Counted from the first letter of the stretch, positions 19,305 to 27,718 are shown. The stretch: DNA of 35,994 nucleotides from Candidatus Spechtbacterales bacterium (GCA_033721415.1 JAWWAH010000003.1:1-35994); one strand, 5' to 3'. Translations and numbers: made by a program. Notes: generated by a model from the letters alone, not told the origin.

Positions 19305-20435
19305 ATGCCAAAAAAAGAAAAAACTTCAGAGAATAATTTTAAAATGCCCATAACTGTTTTTGGATGGCTGTGGTCTGTAGGAGCCTTAGCGTTTATGGCT
19401 CTATTTTTATCTGAGGAAATATTTGCTGAAAATACACTATATAGAGCAGTTCTCGTAGTTGTTGTTTTTGTTTTGTATGTTATAGCCTCGTTCTTTATTG
19501 TTCGCCGTGATTTTATTAAACCGCTAAAGAAAATATACAAAGCATCAAGTGAAATAGGAGGAGGTAACTTTGGATACCGAATGAAGCTTAAAACAAACAC
19601 AAAAGTGGATGATATAGCAGATGCTATAAATGACATGGCAGAACGATTAAATAAAATACATAAAAGAGAGGAAAATATTGCAAATATGAAAACAGAATTT
19701 CTAACCATAGCAGCACATCAAATGAGAACACCACTTTCTGGTATAAGGTGGATATTCAATGCCCTAACAGATTCTTCTGGTGCAGGTGCTGGGCTTAATG
19801 ATACACAAAAGAAGCTCATGAAAAGGGGAAGTAACCTAACAGAAGATACAATAGGTATGGTGAACGACCTTTTAAATGCCGCCCTTATTGAACAAGGAGA
19901 GTTCGGGTATTCTTTTAAGGTTGGATCTATTATGGATGCCGTACAAAAAGTAGTTGATAAAGAAAACAACGTAAGCCAAGAGAAGGGGATTGATATTTTC
20001 TTTAAAAAACCAACAGAGGAAGTGCCAAACATAAAGTTTGACCCCGAAAAAATAGAAGTCGCCCTTCGTGCTCTTGTGGATAATGCTATTAAATACAGTG
20101 ACAAAGGATCAAAGATATACGTTACTCTAGAAAATAAGGAAAATGAAGTATGGATATCTGTACAAGACGAGGGTATCGGAATACCAGAAGATGAAGTAAA
20201 GAAATTATTCACCAAATTTTTTAGAGCAAAAAACGCGCTAGAGTTAGATACAACAGGAAATGGTTTAGGTTTGTATATAGTGAAAAATATTACTGACCAT
20301 CACAATGGAAAGGTCTGGGTGCAATCAAAAGAAGGACAAGGGACAAAGTTCACTATAGCTATTCCAAAAAACCTTGATAAAAAAATAGAGAAGACAGAAG
20401 AAGGTGAAATACAATCTTTTCTAGAGGATTTATAA
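19305..20435 (+). CDS. Membrane sensor histidine kinase (2 TM, HAMP, HisKA, HATPase)
   Basis: AAHQMRTPL H-box, DNAIKYS, DEGIGI, GNGLGL boxes; no response regulator in the window. Confidence 0.93.
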   Translation: MPKKEKTSENNFKMPITVFGWLWSVGALAFMALFLSEEIFAENTLYRAVLVVVVFVLYVIASFFIVRRDFIKPLKKIYKASSEIGGGNFGYRMKLKTNTKVDDIADAINDMAERLNKIHKREENIANMKTEFLTIAAHQMRTPLSGIRWIFNALTDSSGAGAGLNDTQKKLMKRGSNLTEDTIGMVNDLLNAALIEQGEFGYSFKVGSIMDAVQKVVDKENNVSQEKGIDIFFKKPTEEVPNIKFDPEKIEVALRALVDNAIKYSDKGSKIYVTLENKENEVWISVQDEGIGIPEDEVKKLFTKFFRAKNALELDTTGNGLGLYIVKNITDHHNGKVWVQSKEGQGTKFTIAIPKNLDKKIEKTEEGEIQSFLEDL

Positions 20436-20440
20436 AACAC

Positions 20441-20644
20441 ATGAAGCACAATATATTCAAACTACAACTGGGAGAAATACTCTTTTTTATTTCTGGACTG
20501 TTGTGGCTTTTTGCTTTACCAGCCCTTAAAAGTGAATACGGGTATTTTCTTTGGGTTGGAGCAAAGGTGGTTTATTTTTTAGGTTTTGTATTCTTTTTTG
20601 TTAATTTTGTTTTAAGATATAGGGAAAATAAAAACAATGTATAA
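20441..20644 (+). CDS. Small two-TM hypothetical membrane protein
   Basis: 67 aa, hydrophobic, tightly packed between neighbouring genes. Confidence 0.6.
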   Translation: MKHNIFKLQLGEILFFISGLLWLFALPALKSEYGYFLWVGAKVVYFLGFVFFFVNFVLRYRENKNNV

Positions 20645-21659
20645 CAGCATAATAGAAATTTCATCAATTGTTCGCCTCTTTATTCAATTGAATTTAGTTG
20701 TGGCAGGTGCAGCCTCTCTTTGGTGTATGGTTTTTTCATATAAAGGAATAAAGGATAAAGATAGGGGAGAATATTGGAATAGGCTTGCTTTGTACTTGGG
20801 ATATGTTTTTATAGGAGCTCTTGTGTTGTTTATTTTGAGTTGGTGGGCTGGTTCTATGTTTATTTTTTCACCTGATTCCTTAGCTCACGAAGGGGTTGTT
20901 CATAGTGCAGCTTATCCAGATCAACTTGCAATCAATGGGTTTAGTGCAAATATGATTTGGGTATCTATTTTATCGTTATTTAATATTTTTGCCCTTATTT
21001 TATATCAGAGAAAAAATAAATCCTTTGGATACTTTAAAAAAAGAGCCTTTCCCTTTTTTGCTCTGAATTTTTTTATACTTAGCGTAATTCTTTCTTTAAG
21101 TGCTTTTACTGGAGGATTGGATAAACTTCAGGTTGCTCTTACCCTTCATAATTGGCATTCTATAATAACACTGGGAACAGTTATATGTGTGGATATTTTG
21201 TTTATGCTAACCATAAAAAAAGATAACTTAAAAAGGATATTATACCCCTTTTACCCTATTATGAGCGCTGCTATATGGTTTGGCCTTGGGCTAGATTTTG
21301 TGAGTTCGTTTCTTATTATAGACGGCGGCCTTTCTCTTACTGATCAGTTTATATTTAATCAAGCAGTTGTTATCATATTAATACTAAACGGCGCACTTTT
21401 ATCTGTTGGTATAAATGATGAGTTAATAGCCCTGATAAAACCAGACAGAGTGGACAGAATGGATCCAGTGGTGGATAGTGTTGTTAGGGTTTCGGGGTCT
21501 ATATCTATAGTTTCTTGGATAACCGTTACAGTTATAGATTTTTTCATAATACCCATTGCACTGCCTTGGCTGGTTGTAGTCTATTTGGCCTTGATTTTTA
21601 TGGCATATATTGTTAAACCTTTTGCAGAAGAGCAATTTGAAAGATTAGCCCCAGCATAA
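20637..21659 (+). CDS. Multi-pass membrane protein, unknown function
   Basis: 340 aa with many hydrophobic segments and His residues (LHNWHS) that might bind heme or metal. Confidence 0.75.
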   Translation: MYNSIIEISSIVRLFIQLNLVVAGAASLWCMVFSYKGIKDKDRGEYWNRLALYLGYVFIGALVLFILSWWAGSMFIFSPDSLAHEGVVHSAAYPDQLAINGFSANMIWVSILSLFNIFALILYQRKNKSFGYFKKRAFPFFALNFFILSVILSLSAFTGGLDKLQVALTLHNWHSIITLGTVICVDILFMLTIKKDNLKRILYPFYPIMSAAIWFGLGLDFVSSFLIIDGGLSLTDQFIFNQAVVIILILNGALLSVGINDELIALIKPDRVDRMDPVVDSVVRVSGSISIVSWITVTVIDFFIIPIALPWLVVVYLALIFMAYIVKPFAEEQFERLAPA

Positions 21660-21668
21660 AAATAAAAA

Positions 21669-22763
21669 ATGAAAATATATATAAAAAAACTAAAAGAAGC
21701 CCTAGAGCACCCTATAATATTTTTGCCGATTATTCTGCTTATACTCGCTTTTGGTGGGTTGTTTTATTTTGGAGAAATAACAGAAGTTTTAAGTAAAAAA
21801 GGTTTTTATTCGTTTGAGATTAATTCAGGCGAAGGTGGGGCGGGGAATATTTTAAATGAGCCACACCCTCTTACAGGAAAACGTTGTGGAAATAGCGAAA
21901 AAAGGCCTTTTGCGGTTATGATGCCCTCAGATCAAATTACACGCCCTCTTTCTGGAATAGCAAAAGCTGATCTTGTGGTAGAGATGCCAGTAACTCAGCC
22001 AGGCCAAGGCGGGATAAACAGAATGATGGCAGTCTTTGCATGTGAAGAGCCAGAAGAGATTGGCTCGGTTCGCTCCGCAAGAGATGATTTTATACCCCTA
22101 GCAGCCTCTTTCGATGCAATATACGCTCATTGGGGTGGTTCTCACTTCGCGTTAGACGAATTAAAGAAGGGCATAATCCCTGATATAGATGCACTTGTAA
22201 ACCCATTTAGCACATATTATAGAAAGCAGTGGATAGCACGACCACACAATGGATTCACATCTTTTAATCGTCTTCTAAACACAAGCGAAAAGCTAGGTTT
22301 TAGAACAGAGAATAAGTTTGGTGGATATCCTCATATTGAAGGATCTTCTAGTGTTGGGGACAATCCTACAACAATTTCTGTTGCATACCCAGGATCTTAT
22401 CGTGTGAGTTATGTTTACAACCCCGAAAACAACTCTTATATGCGTTGGCGTGGAGGAAGTCCCGAAGTGGATGCGCTAGATAACAAGCAGGTAGAATCCA
22501 AAATACTCATAGTTATGAAAACTAATACTCGCCACCTAGAAGGGCAGTATAATGACGTTGATGTCTTTGGGTCTGGCCAGGCTTATGTTTTTCAAAATGG
22601 CGAATTAATAAGAGCTAGTTGGCAAAAAGAGTATGGAGATATAGATGGTAAATTATACTTCTATAACAAAAAAGACAAAGAAATAAAATTTGTAGCAGGC
22701 AACATGTGGATACATGTTGTAGACAACTCAACCCCTATATATTGGGGAGGGGAGAGGCTGTAA
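21669..22763 (+). CDS. DUF3048 (YerB-like) membrane-anchored protein
   Basis: PLTG, RPFAVM, RPLSGI..ADLVVE, GSVRSAR, AHWGGS, PHN motifs. Confidence 0.88.
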   Translation: MKIYIKKLKEALEHPIIFLPIILLILAFGGLFYFGEITEVLSKKGFYSFEINSGEGGAGNILNEPHPLTGKRCGNSEKRPFAVMMPSDQITRPLSGIAKADLVVEMPVTQPGQGGINRMMAVFACEEPEEIGSVRSARDDFIPLAASFDAIYAHWGGSHFALDELKKGIIPDIDALVNPFSTYYRKQWIARPHNGFTSFNRLLNTSEKLGFRTENKFGGYPHIEGSSSVGDNPTTISVAYPGSYRVSYVYNPENNSYMRWRGGSPEVDALDNKQVESKILIVMKTNTRHLEGQYNDVDVFGSGQAYVFQNGELIRASWQKEYGDIDGKLYFYNKKDKEIKFVAGNMWIHVVDNSTPIYWGGERL

Positions 22764-22797
22764 GAAGGTGTTATATTGTTTTTGCTTAAAACAACCT

Positions 22798-22829
22798 AAA
22801 CCAGCCCAACCACAACTGGGCCGGTTTTT
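22798..22829 (+). terminator. Probable intrinsic terminator
   Basis: aaacc-a-gccca..tgggc-c-ggttttt. Confidence 0.45.
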
Positions 22830-22846
22830 AATGTTAAAATAGAAGC

Positions 22847-23863
22847 ATGATAAATTTTGAATCACAATATGAAAAAGTGGTAGGCGGGGAGTCTAAAGAA
22901 GAAAGAAAAGAGGCCGAAAAAAGAATACAAGACAGACTGGAGAGACTCGATACAGAAGCAGTGGGAGAGTTTGAAGTAGACAAAACAGAACAAGAAGAGA
23001 AAATTATAGAAACTTCAGAAGATGCTGTTGATGAGATGGTTGAGAGATGGGGAGGGGAACCAAAAAAACTACCGCCACATAAGATACATATTTTGGAACC
23101 GGAAGCAGTTGGGCAACTTACCGCAGGGAAACTTGCCAGTGCTTTTTATGCGCCGGGCGCTCAATTTGTGGGCATAGAAAGAAGAGGTTCCGGTGTAGAC
23201 TTTGCCACAAGTGTTGCGCATGAATTTTTTCACGCAAAATCATATAAAGCAGCTCAGGTTATGGAAGACGGCAAAGACGCTCCTTGGCGCTCCGGTGTTC
23301 AAGTCTATGAGTTTAAAGATAAGAGGGTTGCCTATTTCGGTGCACTAGAAGAAGCAATAGTAGGTGAGTCCACGAGGTTGTTTTTTGAAGAGAAGGTAAA
23401 AAATAACCCCATGTTTAAAGACGAAGTAGAGGCCGTAGAAGAAATTAAAAAATGGTTAAGAAGCTCGGCTTCAGAAAGGAAGTTGTCCGATGAGCAAAAG
23501 AAGGCGGTAGACATATTCATAGAAGAACTATATTCTATCCCCGATGCTATAAAGGTTGCCGAAGTTTTGGTGGGTGATAAGGATGATGAATATAAGCGCG
23601 GCTTTTTAGAAGGAGCATTTTCTAAGATCAATGAAGAGAGAACAGATATAATGGCAGAGCGATACGAAGAGAGGCACAAGCTGTATGAGTTAATGGATCA
23701 AATAATAGAAAACTCAAGCTTTGAAACCAGAGAAGAGCTCTTTGAAGAATTTGCAAAAGCAAACTTCAGTGGCTCGTTATTGCCACTAGCGAAAATAGTA
23801 GAAAACGCACTCGGAAAAGGCGCCTTTAGAAGAGTTGCAGAAGATTTTAAAGAGGAGTTATAG
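22847..23863 (+). CDS. Acidic hypothetical protein with zincin HExxH motif
   Basis: VAHEFFH followed by downstream LEEA; Glu-rich. Confidence 0.7.
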   Translation: MINFESQYEKVVGGESKEERKEAEKRIQDRLERLDTEAVGEFEVDKTEQEEKIIETSEDAVDEMVERWGGEPKKLPPHKIHILEPEAVGQLTAGKLASAFYAPGAQFVGIERRGSGVDFATSVAHEFFHAKSYKAAQVMEDGKDAPWRSGVQVYEFKDKRVAYFGALEEAIVGESTRLFFEEKVKNNPMFKDEVEAVEEIKKWLRSSASERKLSDEQKKAVDIFIEELYSIPDAIKVAEVLVGDKDDEYKRGFLEGAFSKINEERTDIMAERYEERHKLYELMDQIIENSSFETREELFEEFAKANFSGSLLPLAKIVENALGKGAFRRVAEDFKEEL

Positions 23864-23881
23864 TGCACCCCTGGCTCCACA

Positions 23882-23911
23882 TTGACAAAAATACCATTAA
23901 GTGGTATTTTT
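23882..23911 (+). promoter_or_regulatory. Sigma70 promoter overlapped by an inverted-repeat operator
   Basis: TTGACA-17bp-TATTTT with TGn; IR aaaaatacca-ttaag-tggtattttt (23887-23911). Confidence 0.7.
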
Positions 23912-23956
23912 TACATACCTATTTGTTTTAACATAAGCACACTGAAAGGAGGGTAA

Positions 23957-24199
23957 ATGTTTAAAGTACTGAAAGATGAACCGCCTAGGCCGCCTAGGCC
24001 TGGAGACTTTGTAAAAACCGCATCCGGAGAAACCCACAGGGTTTCTAAGACCGAAGAAAAAAATGGAGATTGGTTGGTTTATTTTCAGGGTGGAGGTTCT
24101 GCATACTGGAAGCGTGATAATATCACCACAATATCTCGCGACGAGAATTTTCAGGAACATGTAGAGGACCTTTGCAATAGATATGGGATTGAGAAATAA
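23957..24199 (+). CDS. Small hypothetical protein (monocistronic)
   Basis: Own promoter, strong SD aaaggaggg, own terminator. Confidence 0.8.
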   Translation: MFKVLKDEPPRPPRPGDFVKTASGETHRVSKTEEKNGDWLVYFQGGGSAYWKRDNITTISRDENFQEHVEDLCNRYGIEK

Positions 24200-24207
24200 G
24201 TTCTTTT

Positions 24208-24231
24208 AAAGCCCTCAGTTGAGGGCTTTTT
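24208..24231 (+). terminator. Intrinsic terminator
   Basis: aaagccctca-gt-tgagggcttttt. Confidence 0.8.
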
Positions 24232-24271
24232 ATGTGGGATTATTTAAAAAATAGGCTAATGTTATAATATA

Positions 24272-24309
24272 TTGACAACAATAAGATAAAGATGGTATAA
24301 TATTGTTGT
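24272..24309 (+). promoter_or_regulatory. Sigma70 promoter of the TrmB gene with flanking inverted repeat
   Basis: TTGACA-18bp-TATAAT with TGn; IR acaacaata (24275-83) / tattgttgt (24301-09). Confidence 0.7.
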
Positions 24310-24335
24310 AAAAAGTAAACAACTAAAATAAAATC

Positions 24336-25097
24336 ATGAGCAATCAAATAAAAACGCTAGCATCTAAATTAGAACCCCTTGGCTTAAGCGACAAACAAGC
24401 CCGCGTTTATGTCGCTACTTTGTTTTTGGGTTCTGCTCCGGTGCAACAAATAGCAAAACAAGCAGACATTAATCGTCCAACAGCATATGTAATATTAGAG
24501 GAACTTGAAAACATGGGCTTGGTATCTGAGTCTACTGATGCTAAAAAAACAGTTTATATCGCAGAAGATCCAGAAGCGATTACTCGTTGGCTTGAGAAGA
24601 AAGAGATTGAGATAGAAGCAAAGAAGAAAAGTGCAAAAAAATTAATTAGTGACCTAGAGGGTATTAAGAGGGAAGAGGTGTCTCAGGCTCCCATGGTTCG
24701 TTTTTATCGTGGGAAAGAAGGTATAAAGTCTATATTAGCTGAATCTGCAAGAAAATCTAAACCGAAAACAGAGGTTTATGGTTTCACAAACTTGGACGAG
24801 GTAAAGAAATTGTTTCCTGGATATTTCAAAAGCGCACCAGAAAGAAGGCTTCCTAAAGATATTTCAAGCAAGGTTCTATATTCTTCTCTAGAAAAAATAG
24901 ATTTAGAAAACAAAGAAGCCTTACGTCGAGCACGGAGGGTTGATAACCCAATAGAGGCTGATATTAGCATTTACGAAGATAGAGCAACACTTTTAACTTA
25001 TGCAGGAGAAAATTCTTCCGGAATCGTTATAGAGAGTCCAGAAATAGTAAAATCTCTAAGGCAGTTGTTTGAATTAGCCTGGGAAAGCAAAGAATAA
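24336..25097 (+). CDS. TrmB-family transcriptional regulator
   Basis: LGLSDKQARVYVATL..IAKQADINRPTAYVILEELENMGLV wHTH; C-terminal effector-binding domain. Confidence 0.88.
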   Translation: MSNQIKTLASKLEPLGLSDKQARVYVATLFLGSAPVQQIAKQADINRPTAYVILEELENMGLVSESTDAKKTVYIAEDPEAITRWLEKKEIEIEAKKKSAKKLISDLEGIKREEVSQAPMVRFYRGKEGIKSILAESARKSKPKTEVYGFTNLDEVKKLFPGYFKSAPERRLPKDISSKVLYSSLEKIDLENKEALRRARRVDNPIEADISIYEDRATLLTYAGENSSGIVIESPEIVKSLRQLFELAWESKE

Positions 25098-25114
25098 AAA
25101 TAAGTCAATTAATA

Positions 25115-25143
25115 TTGACAAAAATAATATAAAGTGTTAGTAT
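25115..25143 (+). promoter_or_regulatory. Sigma70 promoter, island unit A
   Basis: TTGACA-17bp-TAGTAT with TGn; predicted start near 25150 coincides with the first helix. Confidence 0.8.
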
Positions 25144-25149
25144 ATTTAT

Positions 25150-25520
25150 GCCACACAGAACAAGAGAGAACACTGAAAGTACCTTTCAAAGGTGCTCTAA
25201 GGTTCAGAGTGTGGCGCTCACCGAAAGGACGAAAGATGGGTGGAGGTTAACAATATATTAGGCTAGAAAAATGACACCCTGCTCGGGTATAAAGAGCATC
25301 AACAAGACAGGTGCCACAATCTGATTCTCGGCACCAAACAACTTACAGTGTCCTAAAAGAAAGCCGTGGTGAATTTTTGCAAAAAAAGAGGCAAACATTC
25401 ACTAGGCCAAGATCCAAAAGGACCAACAGCACTTTTTTCCCCGTATACACCAGGTATGCGGGGAATTGTTATTTTAGGACTGGAAACTATATCTATAGCT
25501 GTGGGTATAGTTTCCGGGGC
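25150..25520 (+). ncRNA. Unknown structured ncRNA, unit A (~370 nt)
   Basis: Helices gccacac/gtgtggc (25150/25215), tgctc/gagca, ggtgcc/ggcacc, tggtgaat..tttgc/gcaaa..attcacta, gtcctaaaa/ttttaggac, 12-bp 25437-25465, 17-bp 25480-25517 with + strand G-U pairs; no credible ORF. Confidence 0.7.
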
Positions 25521-25619
25521 AATACAATATTTGTATAAATAATATTACAAAAATATAGCTATAAAATCCCTTAAAATAAAGGAAAGTATGACTAAAAAAC
25601 AATACTCTGTTATTAATAC

Positions 25620-25648
25620 TTGACAAAAAAATATCAATATGCTAATAT
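25620..25648 (+). promoter_or_regulatory. Sigma70 promoter, island unit B
   Basis: TTGACA-17bp-TAATAT with TGn; predicted start near 25655. Confidence 0.8.
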
Positions 25649-25823
25649 AACAGCAAGTTGAAATGAGGCGAGGAAAAATTCTCGCCCAAAAGCAAAGATT
25701 GCTTGGGAGCCATATACTGTTTAATTAAATTAATCAAAACAGAAAAAATGGATTACCCAATCAAAACAATAATGTAAACAGGCGAGAAGGCCTGTCTTTT
25801 TTATGCCTGAATTTCGGCAGGCC

Positions 25824-25948
25824 AACGGTTCCCCGATGGATTCGGGGCTGACGAGCCCAAAGTTTGATCTGTTTGAGGTAGTGCTCATTTAAATAACCTT
25901 CCTCATTTCAACTTTAATAACAGATTAAAGCTACAGGGCGAAACCGTT
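25824..25948 (+). ncRNA. Type III hammerhead ribozyme
   Basis: Stem III aacgg/ccgtt, GUU triplet (cut after 25830), stem I ccccga/tcgggg with loop UGGAU, core CUGACGA (25848-54), stem II gccc/gggc with conserved G10.1-C11.1, GAAA (25940-43). Stem II extended by tttgatctgtt/aacagattaaa. Confidence 0.85.
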
Positions 25949-26164
25949 AAAGAAAAACTAGGGCTTGGGAAACTATAAGTTTTTAATCGCGCCACAAAGC
26001 AATAAAAAAGGCGGACAGGTTATAAAACTTGGGGAGGCTCTCTCCCCGAAGCTCGCGTCTAAGTATATGTGATCAATTTTAATACTAAAGTTCGGACGCG
26101 GGTTATGGGGAGAGAGCAACCGAAGCTCCTCTTTTCATATATAGATATGCCGAAAGGAAAACCA

Positions 26165-26356
26165 ATGGCAAAGAAGGGCCAGGCACAGAAGCACGTTTGC
26201 CACCAGCACCCCTCTGTTCGTACGTTCCAGACACCGACCTACGAACCGGGTGACACGTTCGAGACCGCGAGGGGTAAGTCACTTTCGTTCCGTGCCCGTG
26301 TGGCTCGGCTCAAGCCACAGCCCAGGGGTTACACGAGCAAGGTGAAGCAAGGGTAG
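26165..26356 (+). CDS. Small basic protein (63 aa) embedded in unit B RNA
   Basis: SD aaagga before ATG 26165; MAKKGQAQKHVCHQHPSVRTF...KVKQG; GC-rich codons like the other island ORFs. Confidence 0.7.
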   Translation: MAKKGQAQKHVCHQHPSVRTFQTPTYEPGDTFETARGKSLSFRARVARLKPQPRGYTSKVKQG

Positions 26357-27005
26357 TTCTTCGCCCCTCATCCTTACAAACAAGGGTGAGGGGCAACCCA
26401 ACTTAATATAATATTTCGCACCACGATCTTAGCCGGTAATGCCGCTTGAGATCGCGGTGCGAGCTTAACTGGCGCGACAAAGCCCCAAGCCTGGGCATAA
26501 AAGGTTAGGGGTTCCTCTACCCCGCGATGAAGGACTAGGAGGCCGCCGGATAGGGAGTTCCTTATCCCTGGGACCAAAAGGTGCGGGGAGTAGGAGCCCG
26601 CTATCTTAGTTCACCCTGTTGTCTGCAAGGTCCGCAGGCAGAGGATGTGGTCTTGAGCTCGCACCGCAACAACTTAATGATATATGCAAATAATATCGCA
26701 TATAAGTAGTTGTTCTTTTTAATCCCGGCTATCATACGATAGCCGGCCCGACCCAAGATTACTATGCTAAGCGTAGTTATAGCGACTTTGGGCCGGGTGC
26801 AACATCAAAACAGGAGAGAACACCTTGGAGCAGTTCATTAGTTAGCAAAAACAACCCTTTCCTTCTGTGTGAAGGGGAGGGGAACTGGGTTCTAGGTTCT
26901 AGTTTATAATTTTGCTAGGTTTGTTACCTACCTTTCTAGACAAAGGCAACACTAAAACAAAAATAAACAAACCATTAAAAAGTGTCAAAAACACCGAACA
27001 AACCC

Positions 27006-27034
27006 TTGACAAGTAAATAATAATATACTATAAT
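27006..27034 (+). promoter_or_regulatory. Perfect consensus sigma70 promoter, island unit C
   Basis: TTGACA-17bp-TATAAT with A-rich upstream sequence. Confidence 0.9.
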
Positions 27035-27084
27035 ATAGGGACTAACAGTTAGTAATAAACTGTTTAAAGTTCTTAACACTGTAC

Positions 27085-27183
27085 TTTCGAGCATCGAGAA
27101 GGAGAGGGCGGGCATAAAATACTATATAGGCTCTTGACCCTCTCATTCTCGGTGTTCGAAAACTCATTCCTAAAGGAGGTGAG
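27085..27183 (+). promoter_or_regulatory. Structured 5' leader of unit C
   Basis: 16-bp helix 27085-100/27146-61 with G-U pairs plus gagaggg/ccctctc; hairpin ctcattcc/ggaggtgag sequesters the SD. Confidence 0.7.
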
Positions 27184-27186
27184 AAG

Positions 27187-27390
27187 ATGGTAGCAAGCAT
27201 CAAGCCAAGGTGCCTTTGTGGCGCCGAGGTTGGCTTCAAGGGAGACCGTTGCATCATGTGCGGAACCGACGAGGAGAACATCCAGATCGATCTGTACGAG
27301 ATCCTCGATTCGCCCCAGCCAACCACTGGGTTCTCGATTGTCCCAGACATCGAGTTCCCAACATCCGAGGCTTTGGAGCTCGGCCTTTGA
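27187..27390 (+). CDS. Small Zn-ribbon protein with acidic tail (67 aa)
   Basis: SD aaggaggtga; CLC..CIMC motif; Asp/Glu-rich C-terminus. Confidence 0.75.
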   Translation: MVASIKPRCLCGAEVGFKGDRCIMCGTDEENIQIDLYEILDSPQPTTGFSIVPDIEFPTSEALELGL

Positions 27391-27575
27391 AACAGGCTCC
27401 ATCAAGACTTTCTTACCCCTAGGGTGAGGCCCGGAAACAACCGAGGAAAAATTTAGTCTATCAGCAGGCTATCAAGCCCATTCGGGCAGCTGAGGGCACA
27501 AAGCACTTTGTGCCCTTCCTTCTAAGGTCTCGACTACTCGAGGTTTTAGAAGGGAGAGAAACCCTTCCTAAAGAA
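27391..27575 (+). ncRNA. Structured intercistronic RNA
   Basis: Consecutive helices ttaccc/gggtga, tcagc/gctga enclosing gccc/gggc, agggcacaaa/tttgtgccct, ccttctaa..tcga/tcga..ttagaagg. Confidence 0.55.
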
Positions 27576-27678
27576 GGCCAAGCGGCGAAGTCTGGTCGCA
27601 TCGTGGGGTATACACCTTCGCTCTGTATATTCTCAAAACGTGTCAAAAGCGTTTCGGGTTCAAATCCCGGCTTGGCCA
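27576..27678 (+). tRNA. tRNA-like element (class II shape) with non-canonical, enlarged anticodon arm; identity unassignable
   Basis: Acceptor ggccaag/cttggcc + A, D-loop with GG (agtctggt), long variable arm aaacgt/gcgttt, T arm tcggg-TTCAAAT-cccgg; anticodon region ggggtataca-ccttcgctc-tgtatattct. Confidence 0.7.
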
Positions 27679-27718
27679 CGAACAGTACCTATCAATCACA
27701 CACAAAAGGAGGGCTCAC

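Larger units (their letters stand above)
25655..26960 (+). ncRNA. Large multi-domain structured RNA, unit B (~1.3 kb), with embedded ribozyme and small ORF
   Basis: Near-continuous hairpins plus long-range helices 25655-68/25901-14, 25792-804/26002-14, 25962-69/26484-91, 25987-94/26470-77, 26037-47/26107-17, 26454-68/26653-67. 3' end approximate. Confidence 0.65.

Noticed and set aside
25160-25250. Glycine-riboswitch-like words (gagaga..caccgaa..gga)
   Set aside because: No CUCUCAGG/CUUUCAGG element, pairings do not fit, and no downstream gene.
25311-25538. 75-aa ORF in unit A
   Set aside because: GTG start inside a stem, no SD, runs through long hairpins, lacks the codon bias of island ORFs.
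26069-26164. Upstream GTG extension of the unit B ORF
   Set aside because: Lies within a long hairpin; the SD and the composition shift support ATG 26165.
26461-26514. Twister-ribozyme-like string (UAA..GC..CCCAAGCC..UAAAAG..AGGGG)
   Set aside because: No P4 stem can close the CCCAAGC loop and the catalytic G before AGG is missing.
26454-26960. Group II intron (GUGCG at 26457) or group I intron
   Set aside because: No domain V catalytic hairpin or P7 core recognised, no RT or homing endonuclease, no interrupted gene.
25655-26960. Integrated viroid-like or obelisk-like element
   Set aside because: Only one ribozyme found, fold is branched rather than rod-like, no terminal repeats; not excluded without a circularity test.
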